Assembly: GCF_006345805.1 (NCBI RefSeq)
Contig: NC_042998.1
Span: 88,970,001-89,034,000, forward strand
Direction: 5' to 3'
DNA length: 64,000 bases
DNA from: Octopus sinensis
Taxonomy: Eukaryota
Shown here: positions 25,262 to 38,300 of the stretch, in pieces
How the letters are laid out: each line of letters starts with the position of its first letter
Numbering within the stretch: the first letter of the stretch is position 1
Translations under genes and position numbers: made by a program
Notes under the pieces: generated by a model
Database searches by the model: none
What the model saw: the letters and a program-made list of their open reading frames with translations, nothing else
Told to the model about the DNA's origin: nothing

Positions 25262-27384
25262 AGTTTCTACTTCTCCAAAAGCAAAGCATCACACCTTTTT
25301 AGGCCATTAATATAGCAGGGCATGTGTTCTACAGTAGACCAATTGATTTAGTAATAGTTTACAGCAACATCTTTTAAGCTCAAAATGTACTTAACCCCTC
25401 ACCCATTTTCACAGCACCTCCTGGTCCCTGGGTGACTTTAGCAGAGTCCTGTCTGTTGCAAGCATTTGAGATAGGTCTCTAGTTTAGGGAGTTTTGACAG
25501 CTCTGTAAAGGTTCACAGGTACTGCCTTTATAACTGACAATAAGATAAAAAATATTTTGGATATGAATTGGTGAGCTGTCTGAATATCTGAATGTATACA
25601 TACATATGCTGCAAGAATCAATATAATACTATAACTGCTTTTTACAGTTTTGAACAAAAGATTACAATTGGTGAATCCTTGTAAGCAGTTCCATTGATAT
25701 TTATGGAAAAATTCCAAATACCAACTGGCAGAAATAGTTTATTTCCCATATAATGGATTTGCCAGATTTTGGCATTACACTGTCACATTTTTAAGCAAAA
25801 GATAGTATTCAGTTATGCATCAGTACTCAAAACTGTACCACAGAAACCTTCCTTGTTTTTTTTCACACATATATTAAAGACATGAAAATATCAACCGTTG
25901 TTGCATGTGAGCAGATGTTCTTTTTATGACAATTGAATAGATGCATTTTCTAATAGTTTTTCAACCACTGATTAAATCTCAATGACTGCTTATGTTTTTA
26001 TGATAATTTTTGCTTATATATTGTCATGTTACTTCTTAAATCATTTAAATAACTAATAACATGAAATATAGAATAAGATTTCAAGAAGCATTGAATTCAA
26101 ATAAAATATACAAACTTTACATGATATACTATGTACTTGTTTGTTTGCAATTCAAAAGAAAACTTCACCAATCCCTCTCCCACTCTCTATGTGTGTGTGT
26201 GTACATGTTTATATATATTTACACATATATAAATATACATCATATATATGCCTATATGTATTTACATATATATATATACATATGTATGTGTGTGTGTATC
26301 TATAAAGTACCTTCCATTTTTAGATGATATACATATAAGATTTTCCTTCTAGTGATTGGGAATTTATTGTTTTCTCTTTTGTATATATTTTATTATGAAT
26401 GATCATTTTCATATTTTGGTCTGAAATTCCTGATCACGTTTGGAAATTGTTGTTAAATGTTACAAAATGTCTACCAAGTTAAATTTGGATTAATAGGACA
26501 ACAGTATGTAAGGATATCTTTGAGTATCAAAATTGTTGCATTCTGAATTTATTGAAAAAAAAAAAGAGAAAAATTTTCATCTTTCATTTTAAATACCATA
26601 ACTCAATAAAATAACATTACAAAATTAGATTAAAAAATTATACAAAAACACTTTGTCAGAATAAGAATAACAAAATGTGTTGACATCAGGTAACTTACAG
26701 AAAAATATCTCAAATATGAGGGTAGTTTGTTTAAATGCAAAAACCTAAAATTGAACACAACCGTTTGTAGTTAGAATTTTAAAATTAAAAGTTCTTACTC
26801 CAGAATATCTGAAAAGCTCAGATGATGCAAAGCAAAATGGAAAACCGAAAAACACAAAGAAACACTGTTTTATCTTTATTATATTGATTCTGACTCGTTC
26901 TTCTTGGTGGTAGCAGTGTCCTAATCACTGGAGCAGAATGCACTGTTGTTTTAATATTTCTATTTCTACTTTTCTTGTCCCAAGTGATGAGAATAAATTC
27001 TGTTTACAATTTATAAAGATATGTTTTTTTGTTGTTGTTGGCTTTTTGTTATTGTTTCATTTCTTTATATTGTAAAATTACCTTAGATTTATTTATTTAC
27101 TAACACCAACTTGCACAATATGAAGACAAATTAATGGATAGATTTATTTATGTCCATATTTAACTGCACATATTTTGTTGTTTATTGGCAGGACTCATAA
27201 TTCTATACGTCTGATTTATGTAACTGTGAGAAATGGGTGCTAGATTTCCTGGGAGTGTTATCTGAAGCTGAGAACTGTATCCTTTGCAGAAGGAGATTAG
27301 TTACCTAGGTACTTTAGGCATGGCAACACCCCAATGAGTGAAATAGTAAAAAAGTAAAAGAATTATTTTAGAAACTAAATCATA

Positions 27385-27777
27385 AGCGCAGAAGTGGCTG
27401 TGTGGTAAGTAGCTTGCTTACCAACCACATGGTTCCAGGTTCTGTCCCACTGTGTAGCACCTTGGGCAAGCGTCTTCTACTATAGCCTCGGGCCAACCAA
27501 AGCCTTGTGAGTGGATTTGGTAGATGGAAACTGAAAGAAGCCCGTCATATATATGTGTATGTGTGTGTATATGTTTGTGTGTCTGTGTTTGTCCCCCCAA
27601 CATCGCTTGACAACCGATGCTGGTGTGTTTACATCTCCGTAACTTAGTGGTTCAGCAAAAGAGACTGATAGAATAAGTACTAGGCCTATAAAGAATAAGT
27701 CCTGGGGTCGATTTGCTTGACTAAAGGCGGTGCCCCAGCATGGCCGCAGTCAAATGACTGAAACAAATAAAAGAGTA
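27385..27777 (+). mobile_element. tRNA-derived SINE (family B), CpG-decayed
   Basis: Full-length homology to 17078-17469 and 46165-46590, with many CpG-to-TpG/CpA changes. Confidence 0.85.
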
Positions 27778-27784
27778 TAACAGT

Positions 27785-29730
27785 ATGATTATGAGGCCTA
27801 TTGAATATAATGGCAGTGTAGGCTATAGTCTAGTCACCCAGATGATACATGAAGGAGTCATACTCAATGACTGGTTTAGCAGCACCATAGTCAACTGCTA
27901 TAAAGGAAAAGGTGATGCATTAGACAGGAATAATTACAGAGGTATCAAATTGTTGGATCAGGTGATAAAAGTCACTGAGAGGGTCATAGCCCGACTAATT
28001 AGGGAGAGAATTAGTTTAGACGATATGCAGTTTGGGTTTGTTCCAGGGAGAAGCACCACTTTCTGGTAAGACAGCTGCAGGAGTAATTTCAAGCCAAAGA
28101 TACACCTCTGTACTTGGCTTTTGTTGACATGGAGAAAACCTTTGACAGGGTTCCCTGATCTTTTATCTGGTGGTCAATGTGGAAACTAATATAGGTGAGT
28201 GGTTAGTGAGAGCTGTACAAGCTATGCACAGGGACGTTATCAGTAAGGTGAGGTTTGGCAATGAGTATAGTGAAGAATTCCAGTTAGGAGTAATGGTCCA
28301 ACAAGGATCAGTCCTCAGCCCCTCTTATTCATCATAGTCCTCCAGGCAATGACAGAGGAAGTCCCTGGGAGCTCCTCTATGTTGATGACCTTGCTCTAAT
28401 AGCTGCGTTACTACCAGATCTAGAAAAGCAAAGTCTAGAATCGAAGGGCCTTAGAGTCAATCTAGTAAAAAGCCAAAGTCTTAGTAAGGAGGAAGGCAGA
28501 CAAACCACAAATCCTTTCAGTAGATAGCTCTGCTCGATCTGTAGGAACGGTTTAAGTAGAAACTCCATAGGAGGTACCCGGGGTAAGCTATGGACACATA
28601 AGAAGTGAAGCAATATCAAAGAGTAGTTAACTGGGAAGATAGTTTTTGTGTGTGGCAGATGCACAGGAGCAATAAACACTGAAAATGTGCAGAAAACTGC
28701 TTCCATCACATGCCAGGGGCAAAAACTAGAAGTAGTTGATAGCTTCCGTTCCAAGTCAGCAGTGGGGGTTGATGTTCTATGAGCATAGCTGCTAGAATCA
28801 GAATAACCTGAGCAAAGTTCAGGTAGCTCCTACCTCTGCTGGTAACAAAGGGCCTCTTGCTCAGAGTGAAAGGTAGACTATATGACGCATGTGTGCGAAC
28901 GGCCATGCTACACGGTAGAGAAACACGTGTTGTGACTGCTGAGGACATGCATAGGCTTGAAAGAAATGAAGCTAGTATGCTCCGCTGGATGTGTAATGTC
29001 AGTGTACATATACGACAGAGTGTAAGCACCCTGAGAGAAAAGTTGGGCATAAGATGCATCAGGTGTGGTGTGCAAGAAAGACGACTGCACTGGTATGGTT
29101 ATGTGTTACGTATGGATGAAGACAGCTGTGTAAAGAAGTGCCGATTTCTAACTGTGGAGGAGGTAAACCCAGGAAGACCTATGATGAGGTGTTGAAGCAC
29201 GACCTTTGAACGTTGGGTCTCACTGAGGCAATGACATGCGACTAAGACCTTTGGAGATATGCTGTGTTTGAGAAAACCCAGCAAGCTAAGTGAGATCATA
29301 GCTATGGCCTATGTCAGTGTCACATAACTGGCTCATTTAAGAGTTCCCTTCAATCGTCGGACAATGTGCTGCACTTGAGAAGACCTATTGGGTCAAGGAA
29401 AACCGCTGTCGTGGTCGATGCCAGTACCGCTTGACTGGCACCTATGCCGAGTGGCACACCTTTCGAGCATGTTCGATGCCAGTGCCGTTGGACTGGCTTC
29501 CGTGCTGGTGGAACATAAAAAGCACCATATGAGCGTGATCCATGCCAATGAAGCCTAACTGGCTTCCGTGCCGATGGCACATAAAAAGCACCATTCAAGC
29601 GTGGTCGATGCCAGTGCCACCTGACTGCCTCACATGTCAGTAGTATGCAAAAAGCATCCACTACACTCTCTACACTTTCCAATCCATACCAGCATGGGAA
29701 GCGGTCGTTAAACGACAGTGATGATGATGT
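27785..29730 (+). mobile_element. 5'-truncated RTE-like LINE, frameshifted, with Cys-rich insert and 3' UTR
   Basis: KGKGDALDRNNYRGIKLLDQVIKVTERVIA..QFGFVPGRST, VDMEKTFDRVP, QQGSVLSP, ELLYVDDLAL, KGRLYDACVRTAMLHG, LHWYGYVLRMDEDS. Ends in (GAT)n. Confidence 0.9.
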
Positions 29731-29948
29731 GTAGCTTTGAGGTTAAGAACTTTGCGTCTCAACCACATGGTTGTGGGCTCAGTCCCTACAACATAGCACC
29801 TTGGCAAGTGTCTTCAGTAATAATCAAAGTCTTGTGAGTGAATTTGGTTGATGAAAACTGAAAAAGATTCAGTTCTATATTTAAGAGATGAGGAATTATG
29901 TACATTATTTACATTTGACGGATATTTGTCCTCATCTTGTTTATTGTT

Positions 29949-29994
29949 AACACAACGTTTCGGCTGATATACCCTCCAGCTTTCATCAGGTGTC
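29949..29994 (-). ncRNA. Minimal type I hammerhead ribozyme motif
   Basis: GACAC CTGATGA A AGCTG gagggtatat CAGCC GAAA CGT T GTGTT. Stem I is 5 bp, stem III is the palindrome ACGT, the triplet is GUU. G10.1 appears mutated to A. Confidence 0.7.
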
Positions 29995-30041
29995 TTGGGG
30001 AAATTTCGAACCTTGGTTCTCATTCCTAAGATATTTTTCGA

Positions 30042-30076
<35 letters not shown>

Positions 30077-30258
30077 TCACTGCCTGGAATTGAACTCGGA
30101 ATCTTGGGGTTAGTAGCCCGCGCTCTTAACCACTACGGTTCAGAGTGCGGGCTACTAACCCCAAGATTCCGAGTTCAATTCCAGGCAGTGACCTGAATAA
30201 TAATAATAACATTGAAAAATAACTTAGGAATGAGAACACAGGTTTGAAATTTCCCTAA

Positions 30259-30308
30259 GACACCTGATGAAGGCTGAGGTGGGGGTATATCAGCCGAAAC
30301 GCTGTGTT
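30259..30308 (+). ncRNA. Minimal type I hammerhead ribozyme motif (U16.1 to C variant)
   Basis: GACAC CTGATGA A GGCTG aggtgggggtatat CAGCC GAAA CGC T GTGTT. Confidence 0.65.
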
Positions 30309-30554
30309 AACAAACAAGACGAGGACAAATATCCATCAAATGTAAATAATGAAAAAAAATTCATTACACGTGCGTGTGTGTGTATTTCTGTCTTGATGTC
30401 AAGTGATAGTTGCAAAATAAATGCTACAGTCATACAAATGGTTTTATTAATTTTCTGTCAGAACAAGTCTGGAGAAGGTGATTGTTGATGACAGGTATAT
30501 CTACGTCATTGAATTCCGTCTGATCCACTGAAGCTTGGCCATTAAAATGACGAT

Positions 30555-30582
30555 GATGCATACATACATACATATACATACA

Positions 30583-30614
<32 letters not shown>

Positions 30615-30903
30615 CTTATGCAGCCATGCATCACACTGTGTCCTCTATACATTCTTGGATAGGTAACAAATTAAATTTGATGTTATCTGAACATCATATT
30701 AGAAACTTTGCATTTAATATGCATTTGAAATATTGCAATGTACTTGCACTGTTTAATATTGGCTAAGATACACACACACACACATGTATGCATATATATG
30801 TATATATGTAAGCATATATATATATATATGTGTGTGTATGCACACACATTTATGCACATATATATGCTTGCATGTACATATATATTCTTATGTGTATGTA
30901 TGC

Positions 30904-30965
<62 letters not shown>

Positions 30966-31063
30966 GTGTACATGTGTATATGTATGTATGTTTGTATATA
31001 CAGATGTGTGTATATATATATGTACATATGCCTCTCTATATACATATCTCCCTCCCCTCTCTG

Positions 31064-31137
<74 letters not shown>

Positions 31138-31140
31138 TGC
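30555..31140. repeat. Compound microsatellite tract (CATA)n/(TA)n/(TG)n/(CT)n
   Basis: Directly visible. It is the source of the YI/CV repeat ORFs in the track. Confidence 0.95.
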
Positions 31141-31481
31141 ATAAAACAAAGCATGATGATGAGTTATCAACGATTTATTTGACTTTCATGCGTTTCAAAT
31201 AGCCTGACAGGACCCAAGCATTGCACATTCTAATACGCATAGTTAATCGATCCTTCAGCTGCACAACAATACCATACCAAAAGAAAAATTAGGTACCATT
31301 GTATTCTTTTCATGGTTAGAATTTTTTGCTCTGATTCTCAGTGATGAATTTAATTGGTGTTTGTTACAAATTGGATGTCACAGGAAATGAACAACATATA
31401 TGGATTATTGTGGTAAAAACTGAATAATTTAGCTGGGTTCGATTTCTACAGAGTCGCCTGGATGCATTTGAATATCTACAT

Positions 31482-31517
<36 letters not shown>

Positions 31518-31519
31518 GA

Positions 31520-32790
31520 TCTTTGTCCCCTCACAAATTCATGACACCAACCATACTCTACATCTCTAATTCCTTCTCATTTCCTTTAGGACCATTCCGT
31601 CTCTTATTCACCCTTGACACCAATTCTCTGTACATCACATAATGAAGGCCTCATTGATTTCAAACATTTCCTTGATTTCTGTCCCGATTCTTAGCCTAGC
31701 ACGAGAATGGGGACCAACTATGCGAACCTGCTCATTGTCTGTGTTGTGGCCCAAATATTCTCACTGTATGCGGTCGGCACATCGATGAAACGTGTCGGCG
31801 CGACCTCATTCTTGCGCGATCATCTCGATTCCTTCCTCTCTTTTCTCTAATCCTTCCACCCCACCCTTGAATTATCCTGCTCTGTGTCTAACATCTGTTA
31901 ACTTCCTAGATATTTCCTTTGCCATCAGCTACTCCTCTCGTTACCACATCAATCCACTACAAACCCACCTCGCAAACTTCCACTCTTTATCCACTCTCAC
32001 CCCACCTCTACCCGCATCCTTTCTCCTCGCCTGATCTACCTGACGCACCATTTAACACGCTTTCCACTAACTCCTATCCGACTCCTCTACCTCCCACAGC
32101 TTTCCTAGCCCCTTCCTCCCCTCCTTCAAACGCACCTGTAACCTATGCAACTTACTGCTTTGTAGCTTCCTCCCCACCTCCTGACACTCATCCTTTCCCT
32201 TACCTTCGTCCATGCTGATGCACCTGTCCCTTTTTCTCCAGCACCACTGTCCCTACAACAGCACAAACTCCTTCATTTGAACCTTTGGTAATTTGTGCTC
32301 TCTTTGCCACTCACCACATATTAGACAAACTGGCCGGCGTTAGCTGACCGTTTCGCCGAACAAATTCAAAACATCATACTCGGCAATGATACTCATTTCT
32401 GCTCGACTGATCATTCACTGCAACATCTGTCTGCGTTGGAAATAGCATTGTACAGAGGCCACTCGGAATCCCGCCTTCGTCTAGAGCAGGATGTACCTCG
32501 CTGTCTAAATCTTCCATCCCTCTTCAGCTAATCCCTTTCCTCCACAGACATTTAAATACATCACAAATCTCTTACCTTCCTACTGACCTCCTCGACTTCT
32601 ACCCCACACATACCTAGATCGTTTATCTTAGAACACAACACCATTTCTGTTCAACCAGATAATACATCCCGCCACACTCTAGCACCCATATATTCATCAC
32701 ACAGTTCCCAACACCAACCTCTTTTATCACCTCTGTTCCAGAACGACACAACTCCCTCCTGGCGCATAAAAACACACATATAACGACACT
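31520..32790 (+). mobile_element. Degenerate Penelope-like element (RT and GIY-YIG remnants)
   Basis: MGTNYANL (about 31708), SVNFLDIS (about 31895), TSIHYKPT (about 31945), GIY-YIG remnant .RQTGRR.ADRFAE (about 32320-32365). Many frameshifts. Confidence 0.7.
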
Positions 32791-32849
32791 CATTTCTTTA
32801 TTGCCCACAAGAGGCTAAACATAGAAGAGACAAACAAGGGCTGACAAAG

Positions 32850-33185
32850 GGATTAAGTCGAATCCAGTGCGTAACTGGCACTTATTCGACCCCGAAAGGA
32901 TGAAAGGCAAAGTCGACATCGGTGGAATTTGAACTCAGAACGTAACAGCAGACAAAATACCTATTTCTTTACTACCCACAAGGGGCTAAACACAGAGAAG
33001 ACAAACAAGGACAGACAGACGGATTAAGTCAATTATATCGACCCCAGTGTGTAACTGGTACTTAATTTATCGACCTTGAAAGGATGAAAGCAAAGTCGAC
33101 CTCGGCGGTATTTGAACTCAGAACGTAACGGCAGACAAAATACTGCTAAGCATTTCGCGCAGCATTCTAACGATTCTGCCTGCTT
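32850..33185 (-). mobile_element. Two adjacent family A SINE pieces
   Basis: Two copies of GAAAGGCAAAGTCGAC..GAATTTGAACTCAGAACGTAAC (32890-32950 and 33075-33135). Confidence 0.8.
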
Positions 33186-33897
33186 GCCTTCACACTCATA
33201 TATACGTGCCAATATACACGTATACACACGCTTAAATATGCGAAACATACATGCACAAATTAGCTTCATATATACACACTTTGTCCGACAGCCTCACAGA
33301 CACTCACTAACTGAAAACAAGGACATACATTTATACTTGCCCGCACACATGCTCACACATAAACACAATGTACATACCCTCAATAGCATCACACACATAC
33401 ATGTATGATGGTCTCATACACCCAGGTAAACAGAAAACAAGGTCACATACATATGTACTCACACGCTACACGCATACAATAGCTTCACATACACACGTCT
33501 GATAACCTTATACATATATACATCAGATAACCTTATACACAAACATCAAGTAGTCTTACGCATATACACGCTCATACACAGTATATATGTACACATTACT
33601 TCACACACGTACACTCACGGATTTGTTCGCCCACGCACACACACACACACAGACACACAAACGTCATCTCACTATTGTCCTCCTTAGCACCCACGCCTCA
33701 ATCCTACTTCTTCCTTTTCCGGTCATTTCAGTATGCGGCGTCTGTCTAATTGAGACACACTTATTCTTTTCTCTTTATTTATTTCTCCTTATCTGTTCTT
33801 TCCTTAGAACAGCGTAGGTTTGAAACGTTAAAGACTTCTTCCAAACTTCTTGAACGTTTACATGACACGCCCTGTTTTTTTAATTTTTTTAAACCAA

Positions 33898-33947
<50 letters not shown>

Positions 33948-33966
33948 GTGTGTGTATATATCTATG

Positions 33967-34030
<64 letters not shown>

Positions 34031-34299
34031 ATATAATATATATATATATATAATCTGCATGTATGCAGGTATATATATATTGTATGTATAGTGGTGATTG
34101 AATAAATCTTTTACTTACAGTAATCTGTATGTGTGTTTGTGGATATATATTAGAGAGAGTGATAAAAAGTTGATGTTTTGAACTACCATGAATCGATCTG
34201 AAAATTAGTCTGCTAGGTAAATGTCTCAACACACCTGTACATATGGTTGTGCATACATTTTTATATGTATATTCTATATACGTGCGAATGTTGATGTTA

Positions 34300-34343
<44 letters not shown>

Positions 34344-34468
34344 TACATACATATATACTATTTATATAGTGGGAAACAGCTGTAAACGAATGGAGTAAGC
34401 ATGTTCTCTCACTTCACTTATCTGTTCCATTTATATGTATTTGTTACACACACATACACAAACACACA

Positions 34469-34522
<54 letters not shown>

Positions 34523-34699
34523 AAGCTACTGGGAAAGACTGAAAGTATTAAAACTCTTCTCCCTCGTTTACGTTAAATGTTGGGCTGATTCTCCGTGGAA
34601 ACAATTTTTTAGTGGCTAATACCATAGTGGATCTATTTTTAGCGCAAGAGTCAACCATATAGTGGTCACTCTCTTATATTTGTGTGTATATATATGTAT

Positions 34700-34875
34700 A
34701 TATATATATGGTTGAAATTTACAGAAAAACAAAAAAACGAAGACAGGTGTATAAACAACAAACAGGTGTATTAGTTTGACGCTCTAGAAGGTGAGGAAGT
34801 CTTTTACGTTTCAAGCCTACGCTCTTCAACAGAAAGGAGCACGAGGAAATAAACAGAGAGAGAATAAAAGAAAAC
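34700..34875 (-). mobile_element. Second copy of the CUGUUGA hammerhead-like dispersed repeat
   Basis: Minus strand 34836-34801: CTTT CTGTTGA A GAGC GTAG GCTT GAAA CGT A AAAG. Confidence 0.55.
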
Positions 34876-35206
34876 ATATATATATATGCATGTACATATA
34901 TATATATATGTATGCTTGCATATATGTGTATATATGTACATATATGTCTATATAAATATGTGTACTTATATGTATGTATATATATATGTACTTACATGTA
35001 TGTGTGTATTTATCTATGTACATGTATGTCTATATAAATATGTGTACTTATATGTATGTATTTATATATGTACTTACATGTATGTGTGTATTTATCTATG
35101 TACATGTATGTATGTATATATGTATGTACATATATGTATATATATATATGTCTGTATGTACTTATATATAGGTATACATCGATATGTACGTATGTGTATG
35201 TATGTG

Positions 35207-35265
<59 letters not shown>

Positions 35266-35266
<1 letters not shown>

Positions 35267-35365
35267 CTTAGATAGAATTTAGATATGTTTCGACCAAAGA
35301 TTGGTCCAGGACATGTCTAACTTAATAGCACCACCTGATAGGATATATCCTGTTTAAGTCAAGTT
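35266..35365 (-). mobile_element. CR1-type 3' end fragment
   Basis: Reverse complement of 39985-40090 (ATCAGGTGGTGCTATTAAGTTAGACATG..GACCAATCTTTGGTCGAAACATATCT). Confidence 0.85.
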
Positions 35366-35489
35366 TTTTTTTTATGGTCCATTTAAGTAGTGAGTTCTTG
35401 TTGAGTGAGTTGAATCTAGGTTTCGGTGGCTTATCCGGTATTCCTTGAAGAAATCAGTCCAGACTCCGTTTTATGGTGATGGGACCCTT

Positions 35490-38240
35490 TTCCTCTTTGA
35501 TCTTTTTCGGGATAATGTTAAGAGTGTGTGCTACAAGTGCACAGTCGTCTGCGAAGAACAAATTTTGAATTGTTTACACCAAAGTCTTAGTTTTTGCTTT
35601 GAAGTGCGTTGGTAGAACAAGTTACCGCCAGTTCTGTACTCAAACTCCTTCTTTAACACCCTCAAATGTTGTTTCTAACATGACGGAGAAATACAAAGCA
35701 AATAAGAGCTGTGCAAGAACACAGCCCTCTTTTGTCCCATTTGAGACTGTGAATGAATCGGACACTAGATCTAACAGAAGCTATCATTCCTTAATGGAAA
35801 GAAATGATGACATTGAGCATCTTTTCGGCAACACCCAACTTTCAAAGCGCAACCCAAAGAGCATCCCTAGATAAGATGTTGACAGCTTTAGTTAGCTCTA
35901 CAAAAGTGACAGAAAGGTCTCAGTTGTGCTAACAAGCCCCTTTCAGCAGTTGCCTTTGGCTGAAAATTATATCCACTGTGCCTCTACCAGGCTGAAAACC
36001 ACATTGAGATTCAAGCAACACTAAGCTGGCGAGGGCATAATTTAGTCTGTTTAAGATAATCCTTCTAAGGATCTTCCTGGCAACACACTAAAGGGAGATA
36101 TCGATATGGTTGTCACATTCACAGTTGTTGCTTTTGTGTTCATAAAGATGGACAATAGAAGCGTCTTTAAACTCCTGTGGGACTGATCCTGATTCTCACA
36201 TAATTTGTTCAGCTGGCGATTGCTACCACATATACATATCTCCTCGGATATGCCATCATTCCCAGACGACTTTCCATTCGTGAGCTGCTTTATAGACTTT
36301 TTTTTAATCTCAGCATTTGATGGAACAGCTGACAATTCTTTAAGGACAGGCCTCTGTGGTAGGTTGTTGATCAGTTCTTCACTAACAATTGTGTCCGTAT
36401 TCAGAACATTTGAAAAAATGCTCTGCCCAGCGCTTCGTGATCTGCTTTTTATTTGTCAGAAGATTACTCTCAATTGAAAGTACAGGAGCTGAGCTACCAG
36501 ACACAGGCCCCAAAACACCCATTAAATTCTGATAGGATGACTCGGAGTCACATCTGTCCGCAGCATCCTGCAACTCTTGCGCCTTCTTTCGCCACCATGT
36601 CTGTTTCGTTTGCCTCAGTTGATATTAGCATGTATTTCTGGTCTTTTAAAACTCGCTACGTTTTGTGGCATTATTTTTATTTGACATCCATTTACAGTCG
36701 CACTTGCGCATATTGTCCAAAAGAGGAGAAACGTTTGGATCATTTGAGTCGAACCAATATTGGTGCTTACTGTTAACATACCCAAGTGTTTCACAAGATG
36801 ACTGAAATAGAGCATTTTTAAAAGCAGGCCACACTGATTCAAGATGCTAGCAAGTTTGTTGTCACAGGCTGTTTGAAATGAGGTTAAATTGTCATTGTTC
36901 TTCAGCTTTGTCACATCCACTTTTCGAATTGGTCGAGTGCAAATGCTACGAATAGGTCGTGTCAGTCTATGGTTAGATCAATACTCCCCAATGGAAGATC
37001 TCACAATTATTTAATCAACGTGGTGATAATGGTTTGATCGGGGATGCTTCCAGGTAGTTTTGTGGTGGTTGAGGAGTTGGAATCAAAAGTATTGGTAATC
37101 AAAAGTCCATACTCACTACAAAGCGTCTGAGTGGGCCTTGCCAACCTCATGCTTCCCTATGACGTCACCCCATATGGATGTATCAAAACCTACGCGTGCA
37201 TTGAAATCAATAAGGAGAAGTTTATCATGGATGGAGACACCTCTCAACTGGATACGTAGCCCAGAGTAGAACTGCTCTTTGACTACTTCATTTGAGCTCA
37301 TAGTTGGAACATAGCAGCTAAAAACAGTTGTATATTTATTTTTACCAATGCAGATGCGCAATGACATGAGTCTTTCACTAATGCCAACAGACAGAGATTC
37401 AAGACGTTGCACCAAGTCATTCCAAGTAACAAACCCAGCACCTACATCTTTCTTTACTTCCTGAGGCTTACCTATCCAGAAAAATGTGTATCCACCATCA
37501 ACTTCCTGTTGCTGGCCGTAGTCTGCTAATCTGGTTTCTGAAAGAGCTGCTATTCCAATGTTTTTTTTTCCCTTCAAGACACGGGCAACGAAAGCGGTCA
37601 TACATTCTGTGTTTTTCTTGTTGTCCTTAAGGGTTCTCACATTTCAAGATGCAATAAAAAGTTTTTTTTGTTTTCGATTTGCTTGATTTTCTGGTGCTGG
37701 TTTGGATGCCCAGTGATTTGCACCTAATTACAAGGAGCAATGCGAGTAAGCAATTTTTAGGTCACATTTTCTTGATCTCTCCACCATAGGAAGAATGAAG
37801 TGTCATCTTAAACAGGGCTACTTTGTTGTGAAAGGAGGACACGATCACGTAATTACTTGCAGATGTTGTGTAAAGCGACCATCAACATTTCATCACCAAC
37901 GTAGTTCAAGCTAAGAACTTGCAGTAACATCCACCGCCTGTTCCCGTCGCTATCCCTACCTGCACATGGTTTTGTTTATAGTGGTCATTGCTAATGCAGC
38001 ACAATGCACACTCTCTCCATCAAAAAAGCATTTACTTGTACTGATACACAGGGGGCCACGTCTCAGATGCTAAATCGATCGCAGATTCACGATCAGGTGG
38101 CTTTCTCCTAGTCTAGTTGCTCAAAAGACAGCCTTATGAGTAAGTAGATGCTGATAGTGCACATCAGCTAAGAGGACTGTCAGCAACCACAAACCTGGTT
38201 TTACATCAGTTTTCCTTCTAGGTGGGTTGCTCTCATAATA
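35490..38240 (-). mobile_element. RTE-BovB-like LINE, degenerate (5' UTR, APE endonuclease, partial RT)
   Basis: ORF 37116-37640: IAALSETRL..GYTFFWIGKP..ISERLMSL..DFNARVG (APE domain). Linker RWAEHF. RT FFADDCAL at about 35535-35560. Confidence 0.85.
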
Positions 38241-38268
38241 GCTAAAGAACGCCACCTGCCCCCCCCCC

Positions 38269-38300
<32 letters not shown>

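Larger units (their letters stand above)
29903..30351. repeat. Inverted repeat of a tRNA-headed element with a hammerhead-containing tail
   Basis: Arms 29903-30131 and 30137-30351 are reverse complements with some indels. Loop ACTAC. The left arm extends unpaired to about 29872. Confidence 0.9.

Noticed and set aside
30683-35275. Long YI/CV/MYVC-repeat ORFs (also 11110-12301, 46186-46492, 51279-51778)
   Set aside because: They are translations of (TA)n, (CA)n and (CATA)n microsatellites.
38051-38100. GGGGGCCAC..CAGATTC resemblance to the CPEB3 HDV-like ribozyme
   Set aside because: There is no downstream P1 partner, and P3, L3 and J4/2 cannot be built. It is antisense to an RTE 5' UTR, so I treat it as coincidence.
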